NCBI GenBank assembly: GCA_002269645.1
Contig: NIVC01001036.1
Span: forward strand, 311,681 to 375,680
Direction of reading: 5' to 3'
Length of the DNA: 64,000 bases
Origin: Macrostomum lignano
Lineage: Eukaryota
Both the position numbers and the translations under genes were made by a program. Under the pieces are notes generated by a model. It had not been told where the DNA came from and did not search any database. It was given only the letters and a program-made list of their open reading frames with translations. Positions 36,759-50,995 of this stretch are shown one piece after another (within the stretch, counting starts at the first letter, position 1; the number at the start of each line of letters is the position of its first letter).

Positions 36759-38646
36759 CGAGGCCAACTCCTCCTCTGGAGGAGAAAGGGGAAGAACTCC
36801 CATCACCGGAATTCCATTCCCTGAAATCCATCAGCTGAAATTCCATGACTTGAATCCCATCTTCCAAATCATCTCCAAATCCTCTGTAAAGCCTTTCAAA
36901 TACCATATCTTGTTTTCCCTGTTCGCAAAAACTGACTGCCATTGTCCAGACTCAGATTCTTCTGTCTCCTCTCTTCTCTTTTCTCTCCTCTCACGTCTCT
37001 CATCTCTACCACCTTATTTATCTCTTCTCCCTCGTCTTTCGTCTTTCTCTTCTGTCTCCTTTATCCCCTGTTTTCTCCTCTCTCCTCTCTCCTCTCTTCT
37101 CTCCTCTCTCATCTCTCATCCCTCATGCCTCATCTCACTTTTTCTTTCTCCTCTACTCTCAGCTCCTCTCTTCTCTCTCCTCTCATCTCTCCTGTCTCCC
37201 TCTGCTATCTCATATATTCCCTCTCATCTCCTCTCTCCTCTTTTCTTCTCTCTCCCTCTTCGTTCCCGCCTTACTCCCCTCTTCTCTCCCATCTGTCATG
37301 TCTAATCTGTCCTCTCTCATCTCTACTCTCTTTTCTATAATCTCTTCTCTCTTCTCTTTTCACTCTTCTCTTTACTCTCTTTACTGACTGACTGAAGATA
37401 CCAAATCCACCAAAATCCCTCCGTGAAACAGAAATCCTCTCCGCGAAACAGAAATCCTCTCCGCGAAACAGAAATCCTCTCCGTGAAACTGGGCTCCATG
37501 GAAATCCTCTGAGTGAAACTGACATCCATCAAAATCGTCTCCGTAAAACAGAAATACATCTAAATTCTCTCCACGAAAAATAAATCCTCTCCGTGAAACC
37601 GAAAACCATCAGAATACTCCGTGAAACTGGACTCAATCGAAATTTTCTCTGTCAAAAAGAACTTAACTTTCAGAATTCATTGGTTAGGGTTAGGGTTCGA
37701 GCTGCACAGAGCTGCGTGTTGAATTAATTGAATCAATTAATTGCGCAAACCATTTCTCAGTCAGACAGTATCAGTCTTATTTAAAGTTAAATAAACAGTT
37801 GCGCAATCTAAATCAACCCTCCAATACACAGCAGCAGTGAGAAGTTGAACCCTCCCCCAACTTTATCTATTACGTCTCGCAAAACTAAGTACAATCTTTG
37901 CAGAAAGTTAAAAGTATGAAAATAGTTTTTCAAATGCTGTGCTTTTTCTTTTCATATATAAAGCAAACAACTTATATCCCCAAACTCAGCGTTGCAAGAT
38001 CTTTCCAGCAATATAAGTCTCTCCTCTCAAAGTTTAAAACTCGAGGAACAGTTAGCGTTTGAAATTTACCGATTTCCCGACTGCTTGCTAGAGAAGCTCG
38101 CAGTCGCAATTCATTGAATTTCACTGCCAAGCTAATACACAGGGCTGGCTGCCTATGGAGAAAAAAGGCGCCGATAATAAAACCAAATGAATTTCGACAC
38201 AGTCTATCTATTTACACTGTACAACTGCTATGTACACTCAGCCCAAGCCCAACCCCCGTTCTGGGGGAAGCATTAAATTTAACTCGACCCCCCAACACGC
38301 GGGGGTTTTATTTGCATTGAACGCAGAACACGCGCACCCACCACCCCTCAATACACAGCGGCCCGCGGGCGGAGGTTGGGGTGGCTATTTTTACAAACTG
38401 GCTGAAGCCCCAGGCAGAGTGACCAAAGAAGGTTATTGGGGGTTAAAAAAGCAGTTTTCTGCTTTTTTAGGGATGTTAAAATGTGAAAATTAAAAATTAA
38501 AATAGCCTAAAGCCTGCTCCGGAAAATTTGCAGTTTTCCCATATAAGTTTCGACGTTGACTTGGCAGAATTGTAGGAGTTCACTTGCTACATACAGACAG
38601 ACAGACATACAGACAGACAAACATCGCGTCGGTTTTAGTATAAGGA
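36759..38646 (-). mobile_element. Helitron-like unit B1 (family B)
   Basis: 5' TCCTTATACTAAAA; 3' CTCCTCC-AGA-GGAGGAG-TTGGC-CTCG. Confidence 0.85.
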
Positions 38647-39333
38647 CAAGCTGTTGAAACCCGCGGATTTTGAACCCGGGGAATTCCAATACCCGGAACT
38701 ACTTTTGCATGTATTCTGAAATCTAAGGCCATACACAAACAAAAACTTGTTAATAGTTAGTAGGATAGAGGTAGACATAAAATGGAGCACATTCGTGTAA
38801 AATTAGGGTTTGAGACATTGTTGGCTGGGGTACTGCGCAGAATGTCAGGCAATGTCTGTCTGACTCTAAAACATATATTGCTAAACTCTGGTCTCTCCCT
38901 GACTCTCCCTACGTCCCTTGGATCCTTTAAAATTTCTATCGTCTCTTTGTTTCCTCTCATCTTTCTCGTCCCTCGTCTCTCCTCTCTGAGGCTCTCTCCT
39001 CTCTCCTCTCTCCCCTCTTCTCTCGTATCTTCCCTCATCTCTCTTCTCTTTCATCTCTCTTATCTCATCTCTTGTCTCTTCTTTTCTCTCTCCTCTCCTC
39101 TCTCCTCTCCTCTCTCCCCCTCTCCTCTCTCCTCTCACCCCCTCTTCTCTCTTATCTCTTCCTTCTCCTTTCTATTCTTTTCTCTCTTCTCTTAACTCTC
39201 TTCTCTACTCTCTCATCTCTCCCCTCTTCTCTCGTCTCTTCCCACACCTCTTTTCTCTCTCGTCTTTGCTCTCTCATCTTTCCTTTCTCTTCTTTTATCT
39301 TTTCTCTCTTATCTCTTCTCATTTCTCTCTGCT

Positions 39334-39419
<86 letters not shown>

Positions 39420-41374
39420 GTTATCTCTCCTCCTCTCTCTACTCTCTCCCCTCTCCATTCTCCTATTTCCTCTCCTCTCTCCTCACTCACTTCTCTACTT
39501 TTGTCTCTCCTCTCTCCTCTCTCCTCTCGTCTCTGTAACCTCTCCTCTGTTCTCTCTACTCTCCCATCTTTTATCTGTTCACTCTCGTCTCTGCTCTCTC
39601 ATCCCCCTCTTTAATCTGGCATCTCTGTCTTATATGTTCTCTCACCTCTCTCCTCTGTACTCTTTTTCTTTCCCCTCTTTTGACTCCTCACTTTCCTTTC
39701 TCCTTTCTTCTTTTCTCTTCTCTTCCCTTTTCTATACTCTGTCTCCCTCTCTTCTCTCACTCCACTCTCCTCTATCCGTTATCTCTCATCTCTCATCTCT
39801 CCTTCCACCTCTCATCTCTACAACCTTAGAGATGTAGAGATGTATCTTTATCTCTTCTCTCTTCCCTGTACTCTCTCATCTCTTCTTTCACCTGTTTCCT
39901 CTCTGCTCTCCTCTCTGCTGTCTCCTCTCTCCTCTCATCTGCAGCTCTCTGCTCTCTCATCTCTACTCTCTACTCTCGCTTTTCCTCTCTCCCCTCTTCT
40001 CTCCCTCTCTCTCATCGTCATCACCCCCTCATCTCTCCTATTATCTTTTATCTTTTCTTTTATCCCCTCTTTCGCTTCTCTTCTCTTCGAATCGTCTATT
40101 CCTTCTTCTTTCCACTCTCATCTGCCCCTCAGCCATGAGCTGGATTCTTTATCTGGCCTTTGAGGTAAAAGTCTGCCCATCCCTGCTTGGAAAGCCAGTT
40201 TGTGAGACGTAGTACTCTCATGGTTGTTATCATGCTTTGATCACGTCAGTCATTTTTCTTGCAAATTTGCAGCCCTGAAAGGAATTTGGGTATCTTCAGC
40301 TCCACTGCAGTCTGCATCAGTCTAACAACCAAGGAAATACGCATTTCTTAGAAGGCCATTTAAAATTTACACGGTACCTTTAAACGAAACCTAAAATTTC
40401 CATGGTGTGCCTAATTTAGTAGGATTGTATGTATTTCATTGCATCGCATCGCCTTTTCATAAATCTTTCGCTTTTACAAACCATGCTGGTTAGTGGATTC
40501 CCTCGATTTGCCAATTGCCAATTGCCATCCACTGTTAAACTGCTGCAGAGTTTGCCAATACAGAGGGGAGGGCAGTGGTTAGAATTTCTCACTAAACTGT
40601 CATGGCTAAACGTAGCCTCTCCACTCTGGGGGTGCAGAGAAGGCTATTAAAAAGTTATTCCAAAACACTGTACATTCGCTATGTACATTCAGTCCTATTG
40701 CCTGACCCTTCGTCTGGCTCTGGGGAATGAGTGAGTGAGTGGCACAAACAACAGAAAAAGCAGACAAACTTCACATGCTTACAGTTTCTTTTTCTGTTGA
40801 GTTGCAGAGTTGAAACTTTACATTTAGATAGAGAATGAGTCAATGAAGAATTGTGTCAAGTTTGAAGTCAATCGCTTTACGTGGAGAAAACTTATGGCAG
40901 CTGAAAGTTAGTCAATTTTGAAACCCTTTTACACATCTGGGCCCAGATCGGGAAAGAGAGGCAGGCGGGCGGAGGTTGGGGTGGTTGCTACGCTGAAAAA
41001 AACAGCCTAACTTTAAAAGTGCACAGCGGCTTTCAGGATTAACTTTGAGGTTTAAAATTTTACACGATTGTGTCAAAATAGTTGAAAATTGCCTGTGTCA
41101 AATTTGAAGAGAATCGGTAGAAGTGGAGCGGCGCTATGGAGGATTTAGTGAAAAAATCGCGCATTTTGAGCAGTTTTTTGTACTTTTAGGTAGGAAGACT
41201 TGAGTCTAGGAAATTAAAAGGTAGCCTAAGACATTCTCCGTAGTAAGTTTAGGGTGGGTGTAAAGTTTGGTGTAATTTGGTTGAGTGGTTTGGGAGTCCA
41301 TAGCGATCAAAATTGTCCACACACAGACAGACAGACAGACAGACAGACAGAGTTTTGATTTTTATAGTTAGAGA
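38647..41374 (-). mobile_element. Helitron-like unit A2 (family A)
   Basis: 5' TCTCTAACTATAAAAA; 3' ...AACAGCTTG. Confidence 0.85.
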
Positions 41375-43886
41375 CGAGTGGAACTCCTCCTCTGGAGGAG
41401 GAAGGGAAGAACTCTCATCACCATTCCCTGAAATCCATCAGCTGAAACTCCATGACTTGAATCCCATCTTCCAAATCATCTCCAAATTCTCTGTAAAGCC
41501 TTTTTGCTCTCCTCTTTGCCCTCTCATCTCTACAGTGTAGTCTCTTATCTCTTCTCTCTAATCTGCTTTCCATCTCTAGTCTCTCATCTCTGCTCTCTCT
41601 TCTTTGCTATCTTATATCTAGTCTCTCCTCTCATCTCTACTCCCTTATGTATCTCTTCTCCCTCGTCTTTCGTCTGTACCCTCTCCTGTCTCTTGTCTCC
41701 TCTCTTCTCTCATATCTCTCCTCTTCACTTCTGTCTCCTGTCTCCTCTCTTCTCTCTTATCTCTCCCTCTTCTCTCCTCTCTCATATGTCATCTCTACTC
41801 ACTTATCTATCGTCTCTCTTTACCCTCTCTCTCCTCTCTGCTCTCATTTCTCATATCTCATATACGCTCTCACACTCTACTTTCTTGTCTCCCATCTTTC
41901 TTTCCTCCTTTCCACTATCCCCTGTCTCTTCTCTTCTCTCTTTTCTCCTCTCCTTTTTCCTTTCATCTTCTCCCCCTCTCTTCTCTAATCTCTAATCTCT
42001 TCTCTCTTATGTTCTCACGCATCTCTTCTCATCGCATCTCTCATCTCTCCTCTCCTCACTACTTTCCTCTCTTAACTCTCTCATCTCTGATCTTTCATCT
42101 CTCTCCTCTCTCCTCTCTCTCTTCTCCTTTAGCTTCTCTCTCCTCTCATCTCTACTACCTTATTTATATCCTCTCCCTGGTCTTTCGTCTCTACTCTCTC
42201 CTGTCTCCTTTCTCCCCTCTTTTCTCCTCTCTTCTCTCTCATGTCTTCCCTCCTCTCTCATCCCTCATCCCCTCATCTCACTCTTTCTTTCTCCTCTACT
42301 CTCCAATCTCTTCTATTTCCTCTGTACGCTCTTATCCCTCATCTACTCTCTCTCTCTCCTATTATCTCTCTTGTATCCCTTTGCTATCTCATATCTCCCC
42401 TCTCATCTCCTCTCTCCTCTTCTCTTCTCTCTCCTTCGTTCCCGCCTTACTCCCCTCTTCTCTCCGATCTGTCATGTCTAATCTCTCCACTCATTTCTAC
42501 TCTCTTTTCTACCCACTCATCTCTTTACTCTTTTCATTCTTGTCTTTACTCTCTTCTCTGACTGTTTGAAGATTCCAAATCCATCAAGATCCTCTCCGCG
42601 AAGCAGAAATCCTGTCCGTGCAGCTGAAAACCATCGAAATCTTCTCCGTGAAACTGGACTCCTTCGAAATCCTCTCCTTGAAACTTAAATCCATCAAAAT
42701 CGTCTCCATAAAACAGAAATCAATCATAAATTATCTCCGCGAAACAGAAATCCTCTCCGTGAAGCTGAACATCATCAAAATCCTCTCCGTGAAACTGAGC
42801 ACCATCGAAAGCCTCTCCACGAAACAAAAATTCTCTCCGTCAAAATTAAAACATTGAAATCGTCTCCGCTAAACTGGACTCAATCGAATTTTTTCCGTCA
42901 AACAACTCAACTCTCTGGATTCATTGGTTAGGGTTAGGGTTAGGGTTAGAACTACGCACAGCTTCGTGTTAAAAGGCACTGATAAAAATATTGAACTAAT
43001 TGAATCAATTCATTGCGCAACCGATTTCAGTCAGTCAGTATCAGTCTCAGTTAAAGTTAACAAAAACATTGCGCAATCTAATTCAACCCTCCAATACACA
43101 GCAGCAGTGAGAAGTTGAACCCTCCCCCCAACTTTATCTATTACGTCTCGCAAAACTAAGTACAATCTTTGCAGAAAGTTAAAAGTATGGAAATAGTTTT
43201 TCAAATGCTGTGCTTTTTCTTTTCATCTATAAAGCAAACAACTTATATCCCCGAACTCAGCGTTGCAAGATCTTTCCAGCAATATAAGTCTCTACTCTCA
43301 AAGTTTAAAACTCAAGGAACAGTTAGCGTTTGAAATTTACCGATTTCCCGACTGCTTGCTAGAGAAGCTCGCAATTCATTGAATTTCACTGCCAAGCTAA
43401 TACACAGGGCTGCCTATGGAGAAAAAAAGGCGCCAATAAAAAAACCAATTGAATTTCGACACAGTCTATCTATTTACACTGTACAACTGCTATGTACACT
43501 CAGCCCAAGCCCAACCCCCGTTCTGGGGGAAGCAATTTAACTGAACCCCCCAACACGCGGGGGTTTTATTTGCATTGAACCCAGAACACGCGCACCCACC
43601 ACCCCTCAATACACAGCGGCCCGCGGGCGGAGGTTGGGGTGGCTATTTTTACAAACTGGCTGCAGCCCCAGGCAGAGTGACCAAAGAAGGTTATTGGGGG
43701 TTAAAAAAACAGTTTTCTGCTTTTTTAGGGATGTTAAAATGTGAAAATTAAAAATTAAAATAGCCTAAAGCCTGCTCCGGAAAATTTGCAGTTTTCCCAT
43801 ATAAGTTTCGACGCTGACTTGCCAGTATTGTAGGAGTTCACTTGCAACAGACAGACACACAAACATCGCGTCAGTTTATAGTATTA
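41375..43886 (-). mobile_element. Helitron-like unit C1 (family B, long CT-rich variant)
   Basis: 5' TAATACTATAAAC; 3' hairpin + TTCCA-CTCG. Confidence 0.82.
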
Positions 43887-45758
43887 CGAGGCCAACTCCT
43901 CCTCTGGAGGAGAAAGGGGAAGAACTCCCATCACCGGAATTCCATTCCCTGAAATCCATTAGCTGAAATTCCATGACTTGAATCCCATCTTCCAAATCAT
44001 CTCCAAATCCTCTGTAAAGCCTTTCAAATACCATATCTTGTTTTCCCTGTTCGCAAAAACTGACTGCCATTGTCCAGACTCAGATTCTTCTGTCTCCTCT
44101 CTTCTCTTTTCTCTCCTCTCACGTCTCTCATCTCTACCACCTTATTTATCTCTTCTCCCTCGTCTTTCGTCTTTCTCTCCTGTCTCCTTTATCCCCTGTT
44201 TTCTCCTCTCTCCTCTCTTCTCTCCTCTCTCATCTCTCATCCCTCATGCCTCATCTCACTATTTCTTTCTCCTCTACTCTCAGCTCCTCTCTTCTCTCTC
44301 CTCTCATCTCTCCTGTCTCCCTCTGCTATCTCATATCTTCCCTCTCATCTCCTCTCTCCTCTTTTCTTCTCTCTCCCTCTTCGTTCCCGCGTTACTCCCC
44401 TCTTCTCTCCCATCTGTCATGTCTAATCTGTCCTCTCTCATCTCTTCTCTCTTCTCTTTTCACTCTTCTCTTTACTCTCTTTACTGACTGACTGAAGATA
44501 CCAAATCCATCAAAATCCCTCCGTGAAACAGAAATCCTCTCCGCGAAACAGAAATCCTCTCCGCGAAACAGAAACCCTCTCCGTGAAACTGGACTCCTTT
44601 TGAAATCCAATCCGCGAAACAGAAATCCCCTCCGTGAAACTGGGCTCCATGGAAATCCTCTGAGTGAAACTGACATCCATCAAAATCGTCTCCGTAAAAC
44701 AGAAATACATCTAGATTCTCTCCACGAAAAAGAAATCCTCTCCGTGAAACCGAAAACCATCAGAATACTCCGTGAAACTGGACTCAATCGAAATTTTCTC
44801 TGTCAAAAAGAACTTAACTTTCAGAATTCATTGGTTAGGGTTAGGGTTAGAGCTGCACAGAGCTGCGTGTTGAATTAATTGAATCAATTAATTGCGCAAA
44901 CCATTTCTCAGTCAGACAGTATCAGTCTTATTTAAAGTTAAATAAACGGTTGCGCAATCTAAATCAACCCTCCAATACGCAGCGGCAGACCCCTTCCAAT
45001 ACGCCCAACTTTATCTATTACGTCTCGCAAAACTGATTACAGTTTTTGCAGAAAGTTAAAAGTATGGAAATAGTTTTTTAAATGCTGTGCTTTTTCTTTT
45101 CATATTTAAAGCATACAACTTATATTCCCCGAACTCAGCGTTGCAAGATCTTTCCAGCAATATAAGTCTCTCCTCTCAAAGTTTAAAACTCGAGGAACAG
45201 TTAGCGTTTGAAATTTACCAATTTCCCGACTGCTTGCTAGAGAAGCTCGCAAGTTTATTCATTGAATTTCACTGCCAAACTAATACACAGGGCTGCCAAT
45301 AATAAAACCAAATGAATCTCGACACAGTCTATCTATTTACACTGTACAACTGCTATGTACACTCAGCCCAAGCCCTACCCCCGTTCTGGGGGAAGCATTA
45401 AATTTAACTGAACCCCCCCACACGCGGGGGGTTTTATTTCCACTCGCACCCACCACCCCTCAATACACAGCGGCCCGCGGGCGGAGGTTGGGGTGGCTAT
45501 TTTTACAAACTGGCTGCAGCCCCAGGCAGAGTGGCCAAAGAAGGTTATTGGGGGTTAAAAAAGCAGTTTTCTGCTTTTTTAGGGATGTTAAAATGTGAAA
45601 ATTAAAAATTAAAATAGCCTAAAGCCTGCTCCGGAAAATTTGCAGTTTTCCCATATAAGTTTCGACGTTGACTTGGCAGAATTGTAGGAGTTCACTTGCT
45701 ACATACAGACAGACAGACATACAGACAGACAAACATCGCGTCGGTTTTAGTATAAGGA
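43887..45758 (-). mobile_element. Helitron-like unit B2 (family B)
   Basis: Termini as in B1. Confidence 0.85.
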
Positions 45759-46443
45759 CAAGCTGTTGAAACCCGCGGATTTTGAACCCGGGGAATTCCA
45801 ATACCCGGAACTACTTTTGCATGTATTCTGAAATCTAAGGCCATACACAAACAAAGACTTGTTAATAGTTAGTAGGATAGAGGTAGACATAAAATGGAGC
45901 ACATTCGTGTAAAATTAGGGTTTGAGACATTGTTGGCTGGGGTACTGCGCAGAATGTCAGGCAATGTCTGTCTGACTCTAAAACATATATTGCTAAACTC
46001 TGGTCTCTCCCTGACTCTCCCTACGTCCCTTGGATCCTTTAAAATTTCTATCGTCTCTTTGTTTCCTCTCATCTTTCTCGTCCCTCGTCTCTCCTCTCTG
46101 AGGCTCTCTCCTCTCTCCTCTCTCCCCTCTTCTCTCGTATCTTCCCTCATCTCTCTTCTCTTTCATCTCTCTTATCTCATCTCTTGTCTCTTCTTTTCTC
46201 TCTCCTCTCCTCTCTCCTCTCCTCTCTCCCCCTCTCCTCTCTCCTCTCACCCCCTCTTCTCTCTTATCTTCCTTCTCCTTTCTATTCTTTTCTCTCTTCT
46301 CTTAACTCTCTTCTCTACTCTCTCATCTCTCCCCTCTTCTCTCGTCTCTTCCCACACCTCTTTTCTCTCTCGTCTTTGCTCTCTCATCTTTCCTTTCTCT
46401 TCTTTTATCTTTTCTCTCTTATCTCTTCTCATTTCTCTCTGCT

Positions 46444-46526
<83 letters not shown>

Positions 46527-48481
46527 GTTATCTCTCCTCCTCTCTCTACTCTCTCCCCTCTCCATTCTCCTATTTCCTCTCCTCTCTCCTCACTCACTTC
46601 TCTACTTTTGTCTCTCCTCTCTCCTCTCTCCTCTCGTCTCTGTAACCTCTCCTCTGTTCTCTCTACTCTCCCATCTTTTATCTGTTCACTCTCGTCTCTG
46701 CTCTCTCATCCCCCTCTTTAATCTGGCATCTCTGTCTTATATGTTCTCTCACCTCTCTCCTCTGTACTCTTTTTCTTTCCCCTCTTTTGACTCCTCACTT
46801 TCCTTTCTCCTTTCTTCTTTTCTCTTCTCTTCCCTTTTCTATACTCTGTCTCCCTCTCTTCTCTCACTCCACTCTCCTCTATCCGTTATCTCTCATCTCT
46901 CATCTCTCCTTCCACCTCTCATCTCTACAACCTTAGAGATGTAGAGATGTATCTTTATCTCTTCTCTCTTCCCTGTACTCTCTCATCTCTTCTTTCACCT
47001 GTTTCCTCTCTGCTCTCCTCTCTGCTGTCTCCTCTCTCCTCTCATCTGCAGCTCTCTGCTCTCTCATCTCTACTCTCTACTCTCGCTTTTCCTCTCTCCC
47101 CTCTTCTCTCCCTCTCTCTCATCGTCATCACCCCCTCATCTCTCCTATTATCTTTTATCTTTTCTTTTATCCCCTCTTTCGCTTCTCTTCTCTTCGAATC
47201 GTCTATTCCTTCTTCTTTCCACTCTCATCTGCCCCTCAGCCATGAGCTGGATTCTTTATCTGGCCTTTGAGGTAAAAGTCTGCCCATCCCTGCTTGGAAA
47301 GCCAGTTTGTGAGACGTAGTACTCTCATGGTTGTTATCATGCTTTGATCACGTCAGTCATTTTTCTTGCAAATTTGCAGCCCTGAAAGGAATTTGGGTAT
47401 CTTCAGCTCCACTGCAGTCTGCATCAGTCTAACAACCAAGGAAATACGCATTTCTTAGAAGGCCATTTAAAATTTACACGGTACCTTTAAACGAAACCTA
47501 AAATTTCCATGGTGTGCCTAATTTAGTAGGATTGTATGTATTTCATTGCATCGCATCGCCTTTTCATAAATCTTTCGCTTTTACAAACCATGCTGGTTAG
47601 TGGATTCCCTCGATTTGCCAATTGCCAATTGCCATCCACTGTTAAACTGCTGCAGAGTTTGCCAATACAGAGGGAGGGCAGTGGTTAGAATTTCTCACTA
47701 AACTGTCATGGCTAAACGTAGCCTCTCCACTCTGGGGGTGCAGAGAAGGCTATTAAAAAGTTATTCCAAAACACTGTACATTCGCTATGTACATTCAGTC
47801 CTATTGCCTGACCCTTCGTCTGGCTCTGGGGGAATGAGTGAGTGAGTGGCACAAACAACAGAAAAAGCAGACAAACTTCACATGCTTACAGTTTCTTTTT
47901 CTGTTGAGTTGCAGAGTTGAAACTTTACATTTAGATAGAGAATGAGTCAATGAAGAATTGTGTCAAGTTTGAAGTCAATCGCTTTACGTGGAGAAAACTT
48001 ATGGCAGCTGAAAGTTAGTCAATTTTGAAACCCTTTTACACATCTGGGCCCAGATCGGGAAAGAGAGGCAGGCGGGCGGAGGTTGGGGTGGTTGCTACGC
48101 TGAAAAAAACAGCCTAACTTTAAAAGTGCACAGCGGCTTTCAGGATTAACTTTGAGGTTTAAAATTTTACACGATTGTGTCAAAATAGTTGAAAATTGCC
48201 TGTGTCAAATTTGAAGAGAATCGGTAGAAGTGGAGCGGCGCTATGGAGGATTTAGTGAAAAAATCGCGCATTTTGAGCAGTTTTTTGTACTTTTAGGTAG
48301 GAAGACTTGAGTCTAGGAAATTAAAAGGTAGCCTAAGACATTCTCCGTAGTAAGTTTAGGGTGGGTGTAAAGTTTGGTGTAATTTGGTTGAGTGGTTTGG
48401 GAGTCCATAGCGATCAAAATTGTCCACACACAGACAGACAGACAGACAGACAGACAGAGTTTTGATTTTTATAGTTAGAGA
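45759..48481 (-). mobile_element. Helitron-like unit A3 (near-identical to A2)
   Basis: Offset about 7110 from A2. Confidence 0.85.
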
Positions 48482-50995
48482 CGAGTGGAACTCCTCCTCT
48501 GGAGGAGGAAGGGGAAGAACTCTCATCACCATTCCCTGAAATCCATCAGCTGAAACTCCATGACTTGAATCCCATCTTCCAAATCATCTCCAAATTCTCT
48601 GTAAAGCCTTTTTGCTCTCCTCTTTGCCCTCTCATCTCTACAGTGTAGTCTCTTATCTCTTCTCTCTAATCTGCTTTCCATCTCTAGTCTCTCATCTCTG
48701 CTCTCTCTTCTTTGCTATCTTATATCTAGTCTCTCCTCTCATCTCTACTCCCTTATGTATCTCTTCTCCCTCGTCTTTCGTCTGTACCCTCTCCTGTCTC
48801 TTGTCTCCTCTCTTCTCTCATATCTCTCCTCTTCACTTCTGTCTCCTGTCTCCTCTCTTCTCTCTTATCTCTCCCTCTTCTCTCCTCTCTCATATGTCAT
48901 CTCTACTCACTTATCTATCGTCTCTCTTTACCCTCTCTCTCCTCTCTGCTCTCATTTCTCATATCTCATATACGCTCTCACACTCTACTTTCTTGTCTCC
49001 CATCTTTCTTTCCTCCTTTCCACTATCCCCTGTCTCTTCTCTTCTCTCTTTTCTCCTCTCCTTTTTCCTTTCATCTTCTCCCCCTCTCTTCTCTAATCTC
49101 TAATCTCTTCTCTCTTATGTTCTCACGCATCTCTTCTCATCGCATCTCTCATCTCTCCTCTCCTCACTACTTTCCTCTCTTAACTCTCTCATCTCTGATC
49201 TTTCATCTCTCTCCTCTCTCCTCTCTCTCTTCTCCTTTAGCTTCTCTCTCCTCTCATCTCTACTACCTTATTTATATCCTCTCCCTGGTCTTTCGTCTCT
49301 ACTCTCTCCTGTCTCCTTTCTCCCCTCTTTTCTCCTCTCTTCTCTCTCATGTCTTCCCTCCTCTCTCATCCCTCATCCCCTCATCTCACTCTTTCTTTCT
49401 CCTCTACTCTCCAATCTCTTCTATTTCCTCTGTACGCTCTTATCCCTCATCTACTCTCTCTCTCTCCTATTATCTCTCTTGTATCCCTTTGCTATCTCAT
49501 ATCTCCCCTCTCATCTCCTCTCTCCTCTTCTCTTCTCTCTCCTTCGTTCCCGCCTTACTCCCCTCTTCTCTCCGATCTGTCATGTCTAATCTCTCCACTC
49601 ATTTCTACTCTCTTTTCTACCCACTCATCTCTTTACTCTTTTCATTCTTGTCTTTACTCTCTTCTCTGACTGTTTGAAGATTCCAAATCCATCAAGATCC
49701 TCTCCGCGAAGCAGAAATCCTGTCCGTGCAGCTGAAAACCATCGAAATCTTCTCCGTGAAACTGGACTCCTTCGAAATCCTCTCCTTGAAACTTAAATCC
49801 ATCAAAATCGTCTCCATAAAACAGAAATCAATCATAAATTATCTCCGCGAAACAGAAATCCTCTCCGTGAAGCTGAACATCATCAAAATCCTCTCCGTGA
49901 AACTGAGCACCATCGAAAGCCTCTCCACGAAACAAAAATTCTCTCCGTCAAAATTAAAACATTGAAATCGTCTCCGCTAAACTGGACTCAATCGAATTTT
50001 TTCCGTCAAACAACTCAACTCTCTGGATTCATTGGTTAGGGTTAGGGTTAGGGTTAGAACTACGCACAGCTTCGTGTTAAAAGGCACTGATAAAAATATT
50101 GAACTAATTGAATCAATTCATTGCGCAACCGATTTCAGTCAGTCAGTATCAGTCTCAGTTAAAGTTAACAAAAACATTGCGCAATCTAATTCAACCCTCC
50201 AATACACAGCAGCAGTGAGAAGTTGAACCCTCCCCCCAACTTTATCTATTACGTCTCGCAAAACTAAGTACAATCTTTGCAGAAAGTTAAAAGTATGGAA
50301 ATAGTTTTTCAAATGCTGTGCTTTTTCTTTTCATCTATAAAGCAAACAACTTATATCCCCGAACTCAGCGTTGCAAGATCTTTCCAGCAATATAAGTCTC
50401 TACTCTCAAAGTTTAAAACTCAAGGAACAGTTAGCGTTTGAAATTTACCGATTTCCCGACTGCTTGCTAGAGAAGCTCGCAATTCATTGAATTTCACTGC
50501 CAAGCTAATACACAGGGCTGCCTATGGAGAAAAAAAGGCGCCAATAAAAAAACCAATTGAATTTCGACACAGTCTATCTATTTACACTGTACAACTGCTA
50601 TGTACACTCAGCCCAAGCCCAACCCCCGTTCTGGGGGAAGCAATTTAACTGAACCCCCCAACACGCGGGGGGTTTTATTTGCATTGAACCCAGAACACGC
50701 GCACCCACCACCCCTCAATACACAGCGGCCCGCGGGCGGAGGTTGGGGTGGCTATTTTTACAAACTGGCTGCAGCCCCAGGCAGAGTGACCAAAGAAGGT
50801 TATTGGGGGTTAAAAAAACAGTTTTCTGCTTTTTTAGGGATGTTAAAATGTGAAAATTAAAAATTAAAATAGCCTAAAGCCTGCTCCGGAAAATTTGCAG
50901 TTTTCCCATATAAGTTTCGACGCTGACTTGCCAGTATTGTAGGAGTTCACTTGCAACAGACAGACACACAAACATCGCGTCAGTTTATAGTATTA
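48482..50995 (-). mobile_element. Helitron-like unit C2 (near-identical to C1)
   Basis: Offset about 7108 from C1. Confidence 0.82.
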
